DNA from: Chiloscyllium plagiosum
Taxonomy: Eukaryota
DNA length: 64,000 nt
Assembly: GCF_004010195.1 (NCBI RefSeq)
Contig: NC_057750.1
Coordinates: 9,620,062 to 9,684,061, forward strand
Reading direction: 5' to 3'
Of this stretch, positions 24,212 through 36,944 are shown in pieces. Numbering within the stretch: the first letter of the stretch is position 1; each line of letters begins with the position of its first letter. The notes under the pieces were generated by a model. That model did not search any database, was not told the DNA's origin, and saw only the letters and a program-made list of their open reading frames with translations. Position numbers and translations under genes: made by a program.

Positions 24212-25513
24212 CGAAGGCCTGGGAGGAAGGCTTGGGAAAGAGAGCGTGAGACATAGGTTTTCCTCAAGGCCTGACAAAGGGGAATGAGGAGGCACCCAGC
24301 GAGCGAAGGACGGTGATGGGCACTTGAGGCAACAAGGTGGTTACCAGGCACGTTGAGACTGGCTCAGTGAAGGGTGGAGAAGAGGGCATTCGCCCAATAT
24401 TGACTGACTCCAGTAACTTCTGTTGCATGTTTGGCTGTGACCCTGCAAACTTTGACCCTTGAAAATGACGGGGGCGGGGGGGGCTTTATTCTGGCCTTAC
24501 CTTCGCCTCACCACCCTCATGCCTTAACTCTGTTTCTCAGCCTCCCAGATGGTACCAACCCAGGCCTACCTCAACCTGAAATGGGGATCAAACTCTTGAA
24601 CTAACTGTCATACAGACTGAATTAATTTATAATGGACCGAGGTGGGGGAGGCGATGTTAATAATGTCTATAAAATGATGCCCTGAGCACAATGCTGGAAA
24701 ATATTACGGTACTCAGATATTTTACAATGTTTTCTTTATTCAACTGTTAGCTTCGCTGGCCTTCCCTCTTTTAATCTTCAAGATGGTGGTGAGCTTCCAT
24801 CTTGAACTACAGCAGTCCATACAGCGGAGGTACACCCACAATGCCCCTAGGAAGGAAGTCCCAGCATTTGGTCACCATAAGGGTGTGATATTTGTAAAGC
24901 CATTGCGGTGTGTGGGGGACTTGCAGAGGGTGGTGATCCCATGACTCTGCTGCCCCTTGTCCTTCTCGGTGTTAGAGGTCAAGAGCTTGGAAAGTGCAGT
25001 GAAAAGGAGGCTTGGCCAGTAAACGGAGGATATCTTGTAGATGGTACATGCCAATGCGCGTGGCTGGCTGAGTTCCTCATTGAATGCGATACTCTGACCT
25101 GGATAGTGTAGGGTGTCACACTAATCCAGGCAAACAGCGATTATCCCATCAATGGGTACAGACAATGGACAGGCACTGGGCACTTCCCCACCCAACAGGA
25201 TCATGGTGTATTTAACAATGGTCATGACTTTGAATGCGAAGGCAAGATGGTTAGATTCTGTCTTGTTGGAGATGCCATTTGTGTGGTGAGACTTGTGTGA
25301 CTTAACTCAGCCCAACATTGTCCAGATCCCGCTGTGAGCAGGAAAGAGTTATCAGGATCTGAGGAGTTTGTGACTGGAACACTTCAATCATCAACCAATA
25401 CTCTCTACTGGATAGTGGGGGAAGGTCAGCGCTCCATAAAGCCTGATTCTGCTAAGTCTGAGTTATTCCTGCACCTGAGGTGGTTATCCTGCAAAGCCAT
25501 CTCCTTTGTATTA

Positions 25514-25594
25514 AACATAATTGTATATCGAGATGTAAGATAGGATGAGTTTAACATAATTGTATATCGAGATGTAAGATAGGATGAGTTTAAC
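25514..25594. repeat. 39-bp perfect tandem duplication
   Basis: aacataattgtatatcgagatgtaagataggatgagttt x2. Confidence 0.9.
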
Positions 25595-25699
25595 GTTCTG
25601 GAGTCTTAGATTCAGCGTTGTGATGTTCAGCAAAATTCTGAAATAGTGAGATGACTGCTTATTTTGAATGGAACTCTCTTCGTAACATGCTGCGGGCAA

Positions 25700-26400
25700 G
25701 GTGTGTGTGTGTCTTTGTCTGTGTCTGTGTCTGTGTGTGTGTGCCGGTGTCTGTGTCTGTGTGTCTGTGTGTGTCTGTCTGTGTGTGTGTCTGTGTGTGT
25801 TTGTGTGTATGGATTCACAGTGTCCCTTATACTATCTAGACTCACACTGTTTCTGACAGTGTCTAGACTCACAGTCTCCCAGACAGTGTCTTGTCTCACT
25901 GTGTCCCAGACAGTGTCTGGCCTCACAGTCTCCCATATAGTGTCTGGTCTCACTGTGTCCCAGACAGTGTCTGGTCTCACTGTGTCCCTGACAGTGTCTA
26001 GTCTCACTGTGTCCCTGACAGTGTCTGGCCTCACAGTCTCCCATATAGTGTCTGGTCCCACAGTGTCCCAGACAGTGTCTGGTCTCACTCTGTCCCAGAC
26101 AGTGTCTGGTCTCATAGTCTCCGAAATAGTGTCTGATCTCACAGTCTCCCAGACAGTTCTGGTCTCACAGCGTCCCCGACAGTGTCTGGTCTCAGTCTGT
26201 CCCAGACAGTGTCTGGTCTCACAGCATCCCAGACAGTGTCTGGTCTCACAGCGTCCCAGACAGTGTCTGGTCTCACTGTGTCCCTGACAGTGTCTGGTCT
26301 CAGTCTGTCCCAGATAGGGTCTGTTCTCACAGCGTCCCTTACAGTGTATGGTCTCTGAGTAGCTGTGACATATCTCTAATCCCTTAGTGTCTGGTCTCAG
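25700..26400. repeat. (GT/GTCT)n microsatellite followed by 27-bp minisatellite
   Basis: GT tract at 25700-25810, then about 21 units of cagtgtctggtctcactgtgtcccaga. Confidence 0.95.
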
Positions 26401-26903
26401 TGAAAATGTCATTGTCTGGTTGTACCCTCTGTCTGGTCCCTCAGCGACTGTCACATGTGCCTGATCTCTCAGTGTCTGTAATATTTCTGTGGTCTTTCTG
26501 TGACTATGATCGGTGGCTGTGATGTGATCAGTATTGTATCAGTTCTTGCAGAAAATGATGTTTAAACTATAAAACATATTCAGTTTATCTTGTGTCAGAG
26601 TAGAAGTTAAGAAATAATTTGAAATATTTATATTTAAATCAATGTCAAAAATGTTTCTCGATATTGGTTAATTGCTGAATTTGTTGTACTTTCCATTCGG
26701 AAAATGCTTAACAGGGAAAGCGACCTTGCAGCATCAGATAGCTTACCATTCCAAACATTTAAACCCTAAGCATCATTTTTTTGTTGTTGTTGAAGGGAGT
26801 TAACAAGTTCACAGTGAATGGAAAGTGTGAGCAAACAGTCATTTTCTAAGCTTATATGTAGCGCGTGAGCTGATCACTGTTACTTTGCTGTTCCTGCCGA
26901 TGT

Positions 26904-27212
26904 GGTTAAAAATCACACAACACCAGGTTATAGTCCAATCGGTTTATTTAGAAGCACCAGCTTTCGGAGCGCTGCTCCTTCATCAGGTGGTTGTGGAGTG
27001 TCTGTGACATTAACTGGTTCATGGTGGCTCTGACAGTGTCTGGACTCAGTGTCTAAACTCACAGTGTCCCTGACAGTGTCTCCACAACCACCTGATGAAG
27101 GAGTGGCGCTCCGAAAGCTAGTGCTTCCAAATACACCTGGTGGACTATAACCTGGTGTCGTGTGATTCTTAATTTTGTCTACCTCGGTCCAACACCAGCT
27201 CCTCCACATCTT
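26904..27212. mobile_element. PLE family B inverted element with captured spacer
   Basis: Arms about 26904-26998 and 27080-27175 are reverse complements, each with a hammerhead core. Confidence 0.85.
27092..27120 (+). ncRNA. Minimal hammerhead ribozyme motif (PLE family B), intact
   Basis: cac-CTGATGA-A-GGAG-tggcg-CTCC-GAAA-GCTA-gtg: helix I cac/gtg, helix III palindrome AGCT, CUA cleavage triplet. Confidence 0.75.
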
Positions 27213-27479
27213 CACAGATGGGCTGTGTTTTTTTTTTGGAGAGGGCACCCCACTCACTCTATTGAAGGTGCAGAACAGGAGACGCCATCTTGCCCCAAAC
27301 TCAGCTCAGGCCATTTGGCCAGCTTCCACGATCAGCGTGATTACTTCAGGGATTGCACGCCCTACAACCATTTGCAGTGAGACCTCACCTTTACGACAGC
27401 TAAGTAGAAACATAGAAGACAGGAGGAGGCCATTCAGCCCTTTGAGCCTGCTCCACCATTCATCATGATCATGCCAACC

Positions 27480-27892
27480 ATTATCCCAAACTAAACAAGG
27501 CCCACCTCCCTGCTCCGGGCCCATATCCCTCCAAACCTTTCCTATTTATCCAAATCTTGTAGCTGTACCTGCATCCACCACTTTCTCTGGACGTTCATTC
27601 CACTCTCTGTGTTAAAAAAGTTGCCCTTCATGTCTTTTTTCAACCTTTCTCCTCTCATCTTCAAAACATCTCCCCCAGTCTTGGACTCCCCCACCCCAGG
27701 GAAAAGACCTTGGCTATTCACCCTATCCATGCCCCTCATGATTTTATAGACCTTTATAATGTCACCCCTCAGCCTCTGACGCTCCAGGGAAAACAGCCCC
27801 ATTCAGCCTCTCCCTATAGCTAAAACCCACCAACCCCTTGTAAATTGTTTCTGAACCCTCTCAAGTTTAATAATATCCTTCCTATAACAGGG
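27480..27892 (-). mobile_element. CR1 3' fragment
   Basis: MGLFSLERQRLRGDIIKVYKIMRG... Confidence 0.8.
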
Positions 27893-28660
27893 CCTCAAAA
27901 ACCCCTCCTCGGCTGCCTTTTCATCATCTTCTGAGAGAAAATCCAATTCCTTATCTCTGTGGTTAGTGGGTCACCTCTGAGGTTTTAAACAGTGACCACT
28001 AGCCCCTTTAAAATCTCCGAAAAGAGTAAATATTCTCTCAATCTCCCCTCAGGTTGTTGGATTTTTTTTTTTCAATTGATCACCAATTGTTGTTCTGGTT
28101 CACCGATGTCCTTTAGGGAGGGAAATCTGTCGTGCTTGCCCAGTCTGGGCCTACACATGACCCACAGCCTCAACCGAAAACATCCTGTTAAACTTCTCAG
28201 TCCAAGCAGGAAATGGGCAAGAAAGCCTGGCCTTGATGGGGATACCCAATTCCCATGAATAGAATAGGGAGCAAGATGTCAGTGTGTTGGAGACCAGCGT
28301 GGAGATAAGATTGTTGCATAATTGAATCCAATGTTCCTACCACATGGGAGCCACTATCTCTTTAATCCCTCAAATGTTCTTCTAACTCTGGTCCCATGGT
28401 TTACAGCGTGCAGTCCGTCCTTCAGCTGTTTGGGTTCTGAGTGTCTCCCCACCTCTCTGGGATAAGTCTTAGCACTTGGAGCAACCCATTTGTCACTAGT
28501 TCAGACTCTCACATGGAGTCTATTTAACAGCGCCGTGTCATTTTACTCCTGATAACCAGGTTGTGAAGGAGGCAGAAGTTAGATCCAGTATTCACTGGGT
28601 ACACATTTATTCACCGAGTGAAACGGTACAGGTATATACCTCCTAACTCCTTCATCTTAA

Positions 28661-28860
28661 TACAGGTATCCCTCCTCTATCCGAAAGTAGTCCTTTCCTT
28701 TGAAAACCTTTCGTAGGCTGAAATGGCACAGAGCATTAATTTGAATGGGAAACATTATTTTTGTAAAAGCGAAAATCCTCTTTGGATTTCTTTCGGTTAG
28801 CGAAAACAGGTAGTCTTAAGTGGCGTAAAATGAACTTTCAAAAAGCGGGCGATTCCTGTA
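28661..28860. mobile_element. Tc1/mariner (Tigger-like) MITE
   Basis: TA-caggtatcc...gattcctg-TA; same family as 23613-23847. Confidence 0.7.
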
Positions 28861-29669
28861 TGTGCTCAGGTAAATGTTCAATTAGCTCCCCCCATCTGTT
28901 TGTGACTTCAGTTGGAACCATTAGCCAAATGGTATCAATCATGAGGAGATATTTGCTGAGTTCAAGCTTGGCGAATCAAGTTATACTTTCATGAGGAGAA
29001 AGATGCTCACAGACGTTGGAATTCATACTATGTTGACACAAATGTGTGTTGCACATCATCCCCACTCTCCTCTGCCCATGTTCAAGGTGAACTATTCAAA
29101 TGAACAATGTCTTGAGCTGAAGGGAACAGCTTTAATCAATGATGAAATGAGTTTGGGTAGAGTTAGCCAATTCCTCCTCGATTGTCCAGGCACTGACGAT
29201 TAACCGACAGCTGTGAATGAACCAGAGGGAGAAAATCATTGGGCATTCAAAATCATATGTGCCTTTTCCTTTAAAATATAACAATCAAAACAAGCTGCTT
29301 TTTATTTTGCATTTAACTCACTGAAGAGGTTCTGCTCCTCTTTCCCCCACCCCCCCAAAGGGTTTCCATTCCAATCTTTCTTGTCTCTATCTCCCAACTG
29401 TCCTTAACCGCCTGTCCCCACCCCACCTTCTGCACATAAACCGACCTTGACCCAGCCACCGTCAGGAAGGGGGGGTCACTGGAACCCGCAACGGTAACTC
29501 TGCTTTCTCCCCGCAGATGCTGCCAGACCTGTTGAGTTGTTTTTTCCAGCACTTTCTTTCAAAGTATGTTCTCTGGTCGCTAGTTATAAAAACATCGGAG
29601 ATCGAAATCAAGACCGGCAGTGAAGAATTGCTCCTGTGCTGATCTCAACTCGGGGGGACATGATCAAGG

Positions 29670-30260
29670 TTTAGAACAGAGAACATTACAGCGCAGTACA
29701 GGCCCTTCGGCCCTCGATGTTGCGCCGACCTGTGGAACCAATCTGAAGCCCATCTAACCTACACTATTCCATTATTAGATTAGATTCCTTACAGTGTGGA
29801 AACAGGCCCTTCGGCCCAACAAGTCCACACCGACCCTCCAAAGAGTAACCCACCCAGACCCATTTCCCTCTGACTAATGTTCCTAACAACTATGGACAAT
29901 TTAGCATGGCCAATTCACCTCACCTGCACATTTTTGGAATGTGGGAGGAAACCGGAGCACCCGGAGGAAACCCACACAGAGAATGTGCAAACTCCGCACA
30001 GACAGTCGCCCGAGGCTGGAATCGAACCTGGGACCCTGGCGCTGTGAGGCAACAGTGCTAACCACTGAGCCACCGTGCCACCCCATGTGTTTATCTAATG
30101 TCCATTTAAATGCCCTTAAACATGCCGAGTCTACTATTGTTACAGGCAGTGCGATCCAGACCCCTACTACTCTCTGAGTAAAGAAACTACCTCTGACATC
30201 TGTCCTATATCTATCACCCCTCAATTTAAAGCTATGTCACCTCGCACTAGCCATCACCAT
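29670..30260 (-). mobile_element. CR1 3' fragment interrupted by HE1 SINE (~29775-30083)
   Basis: RGDRYRTDVRGSFFTQRVV resumes on the far side of a full SINE. Confidence 0.8.
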
Positions 30261-30299
30261 CAGACTTAATTGTTTGGAAAGGGTGAGGATGGAGTGTTC

Positions 30300-30640
30300 A
30301 GCGTTGACAGTCAGAAAGCTTTCGGGTTCCAGACCCTCCCCAAAGCTCATGATCTAGACTCGAGTTGTTGAGGTAATGCTGCACTCTCACAGTACTACCC
30401 AAGAGCCTTCAAACTGAATTCTATTGGCCGCACACTCATGGATAAGAACGACCCAAGACTGATACCTTAATGAGAAGCAAGGAAGCACACTCCAAGTTTT
30501 GGACCAATGTTCCCCATCAACAGATGCCACCAGAAAAGAAACTATTTGGTCGCCTTTGCTGTTGGTGGGATCTTGCAGTGCAGAAGTTGGCATTACAATC
30601 AGTTGGCCATTAAAGTGTTTTGGGTCGTTCGGACGTAGTG
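30300..30640 (+). mobile_element. Degenerate DeuSINE-like element
   Basis: tgctgttggtgggatcttgcagtgcagaagttggc resembles the Deu domain; tRNA-like head at about 30310. Confidence 0.5.
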
Positions 30641-31720
30641 GGCATTGAACATGGGCAAGGTTATGTTGGCCTTCATACTAAGTGGATTCAAGTACAGGAG
30701 CAGTGCTGTCATTGTGCAGGGCTTCAGTTACCTGAGTATTGTGTCCAGTTTTGATCTCCTTATCTGAGGAAGGATGTTCTGGCGATGGAGGGAAGGCAGC
30801 GATGGTTTACCAGACTGACTCCTGGGATGGTGGAACTGAGGTACAAAGAGAGGCTTATGTTCACCGTATAACTGAATCCAAAGTTCTTACAACAAGAGGA
30901 ATGAGGCAGGGGAATCTCATGGAACCCTATAAAATTCAAACAGGACGAGACAAGGCAAATGCAGGAAGGATATTCCAGATAACCGAGGAGTCCAGAATCA
31001 GGGTTGAAGGATAAGTGGCTGGCCGTTTAGGGCTGAGGATGAGGAGAACAAAGAACAAACAAAACTTACAGCCCAGGAACAGGCCCTTCGGCCCTCCAAG
31101 CCTGAGCCGATCCAAATCCACTGTCTAAACCTGTTGCCCAAATCCTAAGGATCTGTATCCCTCTGCTCCCCACCTACTCAAGCATCTGTCCAGACACACC
31201 TTAAATGAATCTACCGTGCCTGCCTCTACTACCTTTTCTGGCAACACGTTCCAGGCACCTACCACCCTCTAGGTAAAGTACTTTCCGCATGTAGCCCCTT
31301 AACCTTTCCACCTCTCACCTTGAACGCTCTCGTTATTGAATCCCTCACCCTGGGAAAAAGCTTATCTCTATCCACCCTGTCTATACCCTTCATGATTTTG
31401 TAGACCTCAATCAGGTTCTCCCTTCAATCTCCTTTTTCCTAATTGTCTTTACCCAGAGAGTGGGGGGAGCCTGTGTATTCTTTGCCAGAGGAAGCAGTTA
31501 AGGCCTCATGTAAATCGATGGTTGGTGATTGGCATAGACTGGGCTGTTTTCATACCGAAAGATTCTATGATTGTAAGGAGTTAGATATAGTTATTGGGAC
31601 TAAAGGGATCAGATAGTATGGGGAGAACAGGGGATGAAGTCAGATAAGCGGCTGTGATCATATTAAATGGGGAAACAGGCTTGAATGGGTTGAATAGCCT
31701 CCTCCTGTTCCTATTTCCTA

Positions 31721-31883
31721 TACAGAGGAACCTCAATTATCCGAAGGACAGGAGCGGGGAGTACTTCGCTTGATTAATTGAATTTCGGATAACATGGTTT
31801 AGCAAAAAATCGGGACCTTGTGATCTTGCTGGATAATCTGAAATTCAGATAATCGAATGGCGGATAATTGAGCTTCCTCTGTA
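31721..31883. mobile_element. Tigger/pogo-like MITE
   Basis: TA-cagaggaacctcaattatccg ... cggataattgagcttcctctg-TA (21-bp TIR, TA TSD). Confidence 0.85.
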
Positions 31884-32584
31884 TTTCTACATCACATCCT
31901 GATGTTGTGAAGGTACATGGGGCTTGACCAAGTAGATGCAGGAAATGTTTCCCTTTGGCTGAGGTGGCACAAGGGGCCGGCGTTTGGTCGGGCGAGTAGT
32001 TTGTAGAGGGGACATTATCTTGAAATAAGGGGTCAGCCATTTTGGACTGAGATGAGGAGGAATTTCCACACTCAAGGGGGTGGTGCGTATTTGGAGTGCT
32101 GTGTCCCAGAGGGACTGGGGAGACTCAGACATGGTCAAGAGGGAGAGATGGATGGATGGGTATCTAGATATTACAAGAGAAATGGAGATAGTACAGGAAC
32201 ATGGAAGTGAGTGGTGTAGCAGGCTTGATGGGAAAAATGGTCTGCTCCTATTTCCTAATTTCCTGTGATTCAGTGATGGCAACCTCAGGAGGATCCTTGG
32301 GCTAATATAGCACAAGGCACTCTGTAGTTGAACAGAGTCATAGAGACATACAGCACAGAGACAGACCCTTCGGCCCAACTCATCCATGCCGACCAGGTAT
32401 CCCAATCTGACCTCGTCCCATTTGCCAGCACTTGGCCCCCATCCCTCCCATTCATGTACCCATCCAGATGCCCTTTAAATGTTGCAATTGTACCTGTCTC
32501 TAGCGTAGCCCATCAGTACACTGTCTAGGCTAATATCAAGAACAGCAGCTTTGCTGAGGGTCACTGGGCAGCTCAGACCTTAAC

Positions 32585-33605
32585 ATGAACAGAAATTGCT
32601 GGGAAAACTCAGCAAGTCTGGCAGCATCTGTGCAGAGAGAGACAGAGTCAACGTTTTGGGTCCAGTGACCCTTCTTCGGAACTGATTGTAGCTAGGAAAA
32701 GGTTGGTATATGTACTAAAGATGGAGTGGGGAAAGGGGTAAACGATGGGTGGAGATGGAAGGCAGAGAGAGAGAGTAAAACACAGTTGAGCAGACAAAGG
32801 AATAGGGTAAAGGTCAGCCTGGGGGAATGAACAGCTCCTAATGGGGAACGTTAGTGACTGATAATGGGTTATGTGCGGTTGCAGCCCATGTGATAACAAG
32901 GCCTAGTGTGTGGGCGTTTGGCGTAAGGACATGGGAGAAGATGCCTCAAGCCCCTAAAGTTGTTGAATTCGATATTGAGTCCAGAGGCTAGAATCATAGA
33001 ACCCCTACTATGTGGAAACAGGCCCTTCGGCCCAACAAGTCCAAACTGAGCCTCTGAAGAGTAACCCACCCAGAGCCATTCCTCTACCCTATTATTCTAT
33101 ATTTACCCCTGACTAATGCACCCAACGTATATGTCCCTGAACACAATGGGCAATTTAACATGGCCAATCCAACCTAACTTTGGATTGTGGGAGGAAACTG
33201 GAGCACCCGGAGGAAACCCATGCAGACACGGGGAGAATGTGCAAATTCCACACAGACAGTTGCCTGAGGCTGGAATCGAACCTGGGTCCCTGATGCTGTG
33301 AGACAGCAGTGCTAACCACTGAGCCACCATGCCCTTTGCTGCAGAGTCTCCAAGTGTAAAATGAGGTGCTGTTCTTTCAGCTTGTGCTGAGCTTCACCAG
33401 AGCACAGCAGCACACCTGAGACAGAGGCTTTGGCCAAGGGAACGTGGTGGTGTGTTAAAGTGACAGGGAGAAACCAGGGGTCATTTCTGCTGACAGCACG
33501 TAGGTGCTCTGCAAACCGGTCGCCCTGTCTACACTTCGACTCACCAGCATAGATGAGACCACGTTGTGAGCAGCGAATACAGTAGATTAGGTAGAGTGAG
33601 GCGCA
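32585..33605 (-). mobile_element. Penelope-like element: GIY-YIG remnant plus family C terminus, interrupted by HE1 SINE (~32990-33332)
   Basis: LIYCIRCSQRGLIYAGESKCRQGDRFAEHLR...KLKEQHLILHLETLQ; decayed hammerhead agtt-CCGAAGA-A-GGGTC-actg-GACCC-AAAA-CGTT-gact at 32650-32679. Confidence 0.8.
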
Positions 33606-33711
33606 CCTTAAACTCAGCAAATGGTCAGCTGAATTGAGGCAGAAACACCTTATTAGTCCCAGCTGGCAATGAAAGCTTGAGAAATTTCAATTATAAAATA
33701 CGTTGTGATAT

Positions 33712-34529
33712 GAATATAGGTTAGCTCACTGAGCTGGAAGGTTCATTTTCAGATGTTTCGTCACAATACTAGGTAACATCTTCAGTGAGCCTCCAGATGA
33801 GGCACTGGTGGCATGGCCCACTTTCTATTTATATGTTTGGGTTTCCTTGTGTCAGTGATGTCATTTCCTGTGGTGACATTACTTCCCATAGTGATGTCAT
33901 TTCCTGTTCTTTTTCTCAGTGATAAATGGGATCCAAGTCAATGTGTTTGTTGATAGAGTGCTGGTTGGAATGCCATGCTTCTAGGATCACCATAGGAAAT
34001 GATGTCACTACAGGAAATGACATCACCAACCCAAGGAAACCCAAACATATGAATAGAAAGCGGGCTACACTGCCAGTGCTTCATCCAGAGGCTCACTGAA
34101 GATGTTACCTAGTATAGATTAGATTACTTTACAGTGTGGAAACAGGCCCTTCGGTCCAACAAGTCCACACCGACCTGCCGAAGCGCAATCCACCCATACC
34201 CCTACATTTAACCCTTACCTAACACTACGGGCAATTTAGTATGGCCAATTCACCTGACCTGCACATCTTTGGACTGTGGGAGGAAACCGGAGCACCCGGA
34301 GGAAACCCACGCAGACACGGGGAGAACGTGCAAACTCCACACAGTCAGTCGCCTGAGGCGGGAATTGAATCTGGGTCTCTGGCGCTGTGAGGCAGCAGTG
34401 CTAACCACTGTGCCACCGTGCCGCCCACGCGTATGGTGACGAAATGTCTGAAAATGAGCTTCCAGCTCAGCAAGCAAACCTACGTCCAGAACCTCAACCT
34501 GAGCAACAAATCTTCTCAAAACTCGCTAA
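33712..34529. mobile_element. PLE family D inverted element with HE1 SINE (34116-34430) inserted inside the plus-strand hammerhead
   Basis: 33717-33985 matches 21155-21440; inverted arm 33986-34480; ctgaagatgttacctagtat[SINE]gtatggtgacgaaatgtc. Confidence 0.85.
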
Positions 34530-35280
34530 CATTGTGATATTCTGACAAAGATCGGACTAGCTGGAACCTCCTGTCACCAACTACTAAGAGCATAACCCAA
34601 ACTTGAACATCCAATGATTCTGGAATATTCCTTCAACATATTTCACTGCTAAAATCGGATTTTATCCACTGTCTCAGTTTCTTTAGATTTTATTTCCTTA
34701 CAGGTGTGTATTGCTCGGAAATCCAGCATTTGGTTCCTGATTGTCACAGAATCGCCACAGTGCATTTAGAGGCCATTTGGCCCATCGAGTCCTAGAGATG
34801 TACAGCATACAGACCGACCCTTCAGTCCAAATCGTCCACACTGACCAGATATCCTAAGTCCCATTTACCAGTACTTGGCCAATATCCCTCTAAACCCTTC
34901 CTATTCATAGACCCATCCAGATGCCATTAAAACGTTGTAGCTCAAACCCTGGAGGCATTCTTGTAAATCTTTTCTGAATCCTTTCAGGTCCGAACAGCAT
35001 TCCATCCAGACCCAACCCCACACCCTACCCTATCACCCCATGGTTAGCCTGCACATCCCTGGACACTATGGTCAATTTAGTATGGCCAATCCACCCTGAC
35101 CTGCACATCTTTGGACTGTGAGGAAACCCACACAGACACGGGGAGAACGTGCAAACTCCACACAGACAGTTGCCCCGAGGTGGGAATCAAACCTGGGTCC
35201 CAGGCACCATGACGCTAACCATTGGGTTGACCTTGAGCATTAACCACTTTGCTGTGGGCCTGGAGTCATATAGAGGAAAG

Positions 35281-35465
35281 TAGGTCAGGCAGTGTCCGTG
35301 AAGCAGGAAAATCGACATTTCAGGCAAAAGCCCTTCATTAGGAATTTTGCCTGAATGGCTTTTGCCCGAAACGTCGATTCTCCTTCTCCTCAGATGCTGC
35401 CTGCCCTGCTGTGCTTTTCCAGCACCACACTAATTTCCCGCATCTGCAGTCCTCACTTTCGCCTC
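35281..35465. mobile_element. PLE family A inverted micro-element
   Basis: Inverted arms containing ggcttttgcccgaaacgtcga; flanks catatagaggaa/catatagggaa. Confidence 0.75.
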
Positions 35466-36944
35466 ACATATAGGGAAGACGAGGTAAGGACCGCAAATTT
35501 CCTTGGCGAAGAAGCATTAGTGAACTGGATTCGATTTTTATTACCATCACGTTCACTGTTTGGAACTAACTTTCAGAAATTTAGCCAAATTGCTGTGGTG
35601 GGATTTGAACCCCATCCCCCAGAATCTGAGTTACTGCTTCACTCCCACCGTGACATTGCCACGTACACCATGATCCTGCCATCTGCTGACAGCACCATTG
35701 CATCCAGCGTTTGCTCCATTTCATTTTGAGTCCCTGAGGCTGTCCAAAGGAAGGGAGCTGGGACCCTTCCTCAACTGAGTGAGCGAGTGACCCGTCAGCA
35801 TTAGGAAGCTTCAGAACAGGAGGTTATTCCAACGATTCTGGAATATTCCTTCAACATTTTCCACTGCCAAAATTGGATTTTACCTTCTGTCTCAGTTTTT
35901 TTTTAAACATTTAATTTCCAAACGGGAGTGTCTGGAGCCGAGATGCTTTCTCTCCACAGATGCTGCCTGACCTGCTGAGTCTTCCCAGCAATTTCTGTTT
36001 TTGTTTCTGATTTCTCGTAGCCTTTTTGGTTATTTTTTTCAGAACGGTTGGTGCTGGGAGAGGTGTGAGTATGTTGGTTGCTTTTATAAAGTGCTTTACC
36101 AGAGGCGTATGAGCTTAAAATGGAGACAGCACTGAGAGAGGCCATTCAGCCCAATGCTGTTACATTTCATGCGGAATTCCTCCCATTTATCTTCATCTCA
36201 CTCTATTGGCATAACCTGTAATCCGTACTCTGTCCTGCGTGTGTGTCCAACTCTCATGTGATTCAACTCAGCCACTCCCTGAACAGAGGTTGATCCTGAA
36301 TTTCCTATTGGAATTATGAGTGATTATCCTGTACCGCTTGTTTATCCTGATGTGGAAGGCACCAGGGTCAAAGGTGACATCTACTTTTGGATGACTGTCA
36401 GATCGCCAACCAGCTCGTAGCCTCTGAAAGCTCAAGGGGTCAAAGGAACACAGAGAGGCCATTCGGCCTACTTGGGGGTGCTCCATCACTTAATCAGGCC
36501 ACAGCCAATCTGCATCTCAACTCCATTTTATCCATGGCTCCTTTTCACGTCAAGAATCAGCCAGTGTCTGTTTTGAAACTAGTTTGGAGTTCACCTTCAA
36601 CATATTGTTCTTACTGCATCATCCGTTAGGAATGAGCACTTATTGCCCATCCCTATTTGCCCAGTGGGCAGTAAAAAGTTGGCCATGTTGCTGCGGGTCA
36701 GGAGTCACATGTAGGCCAGACCAGGTAAGGGTGGCAGATTTCCTTCCTTAAGGGCATTAGTGAACCAGATGGAGTTTTTAAAACAAGAATCAACCTTAGA
36801 TCAGGTCTGAGCTCAAATTTTACCATCTGCCATGGTGGGAATTGAACCCATGACCCTGAACTAGCCTGGGTCCAGTGGTGTTACCAATTATCCGTCCTTT
36901 TCAACTCACTTCACAAGTCAAAATACTCCATAGTCATATCAAGA

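Noticed and set aside
25627..26454. 275-aa and 207-aa Cys/Thr/Val-rich ORFs
   Set aside because: Translations of the 27-bp minisatellite and GT microsatellite
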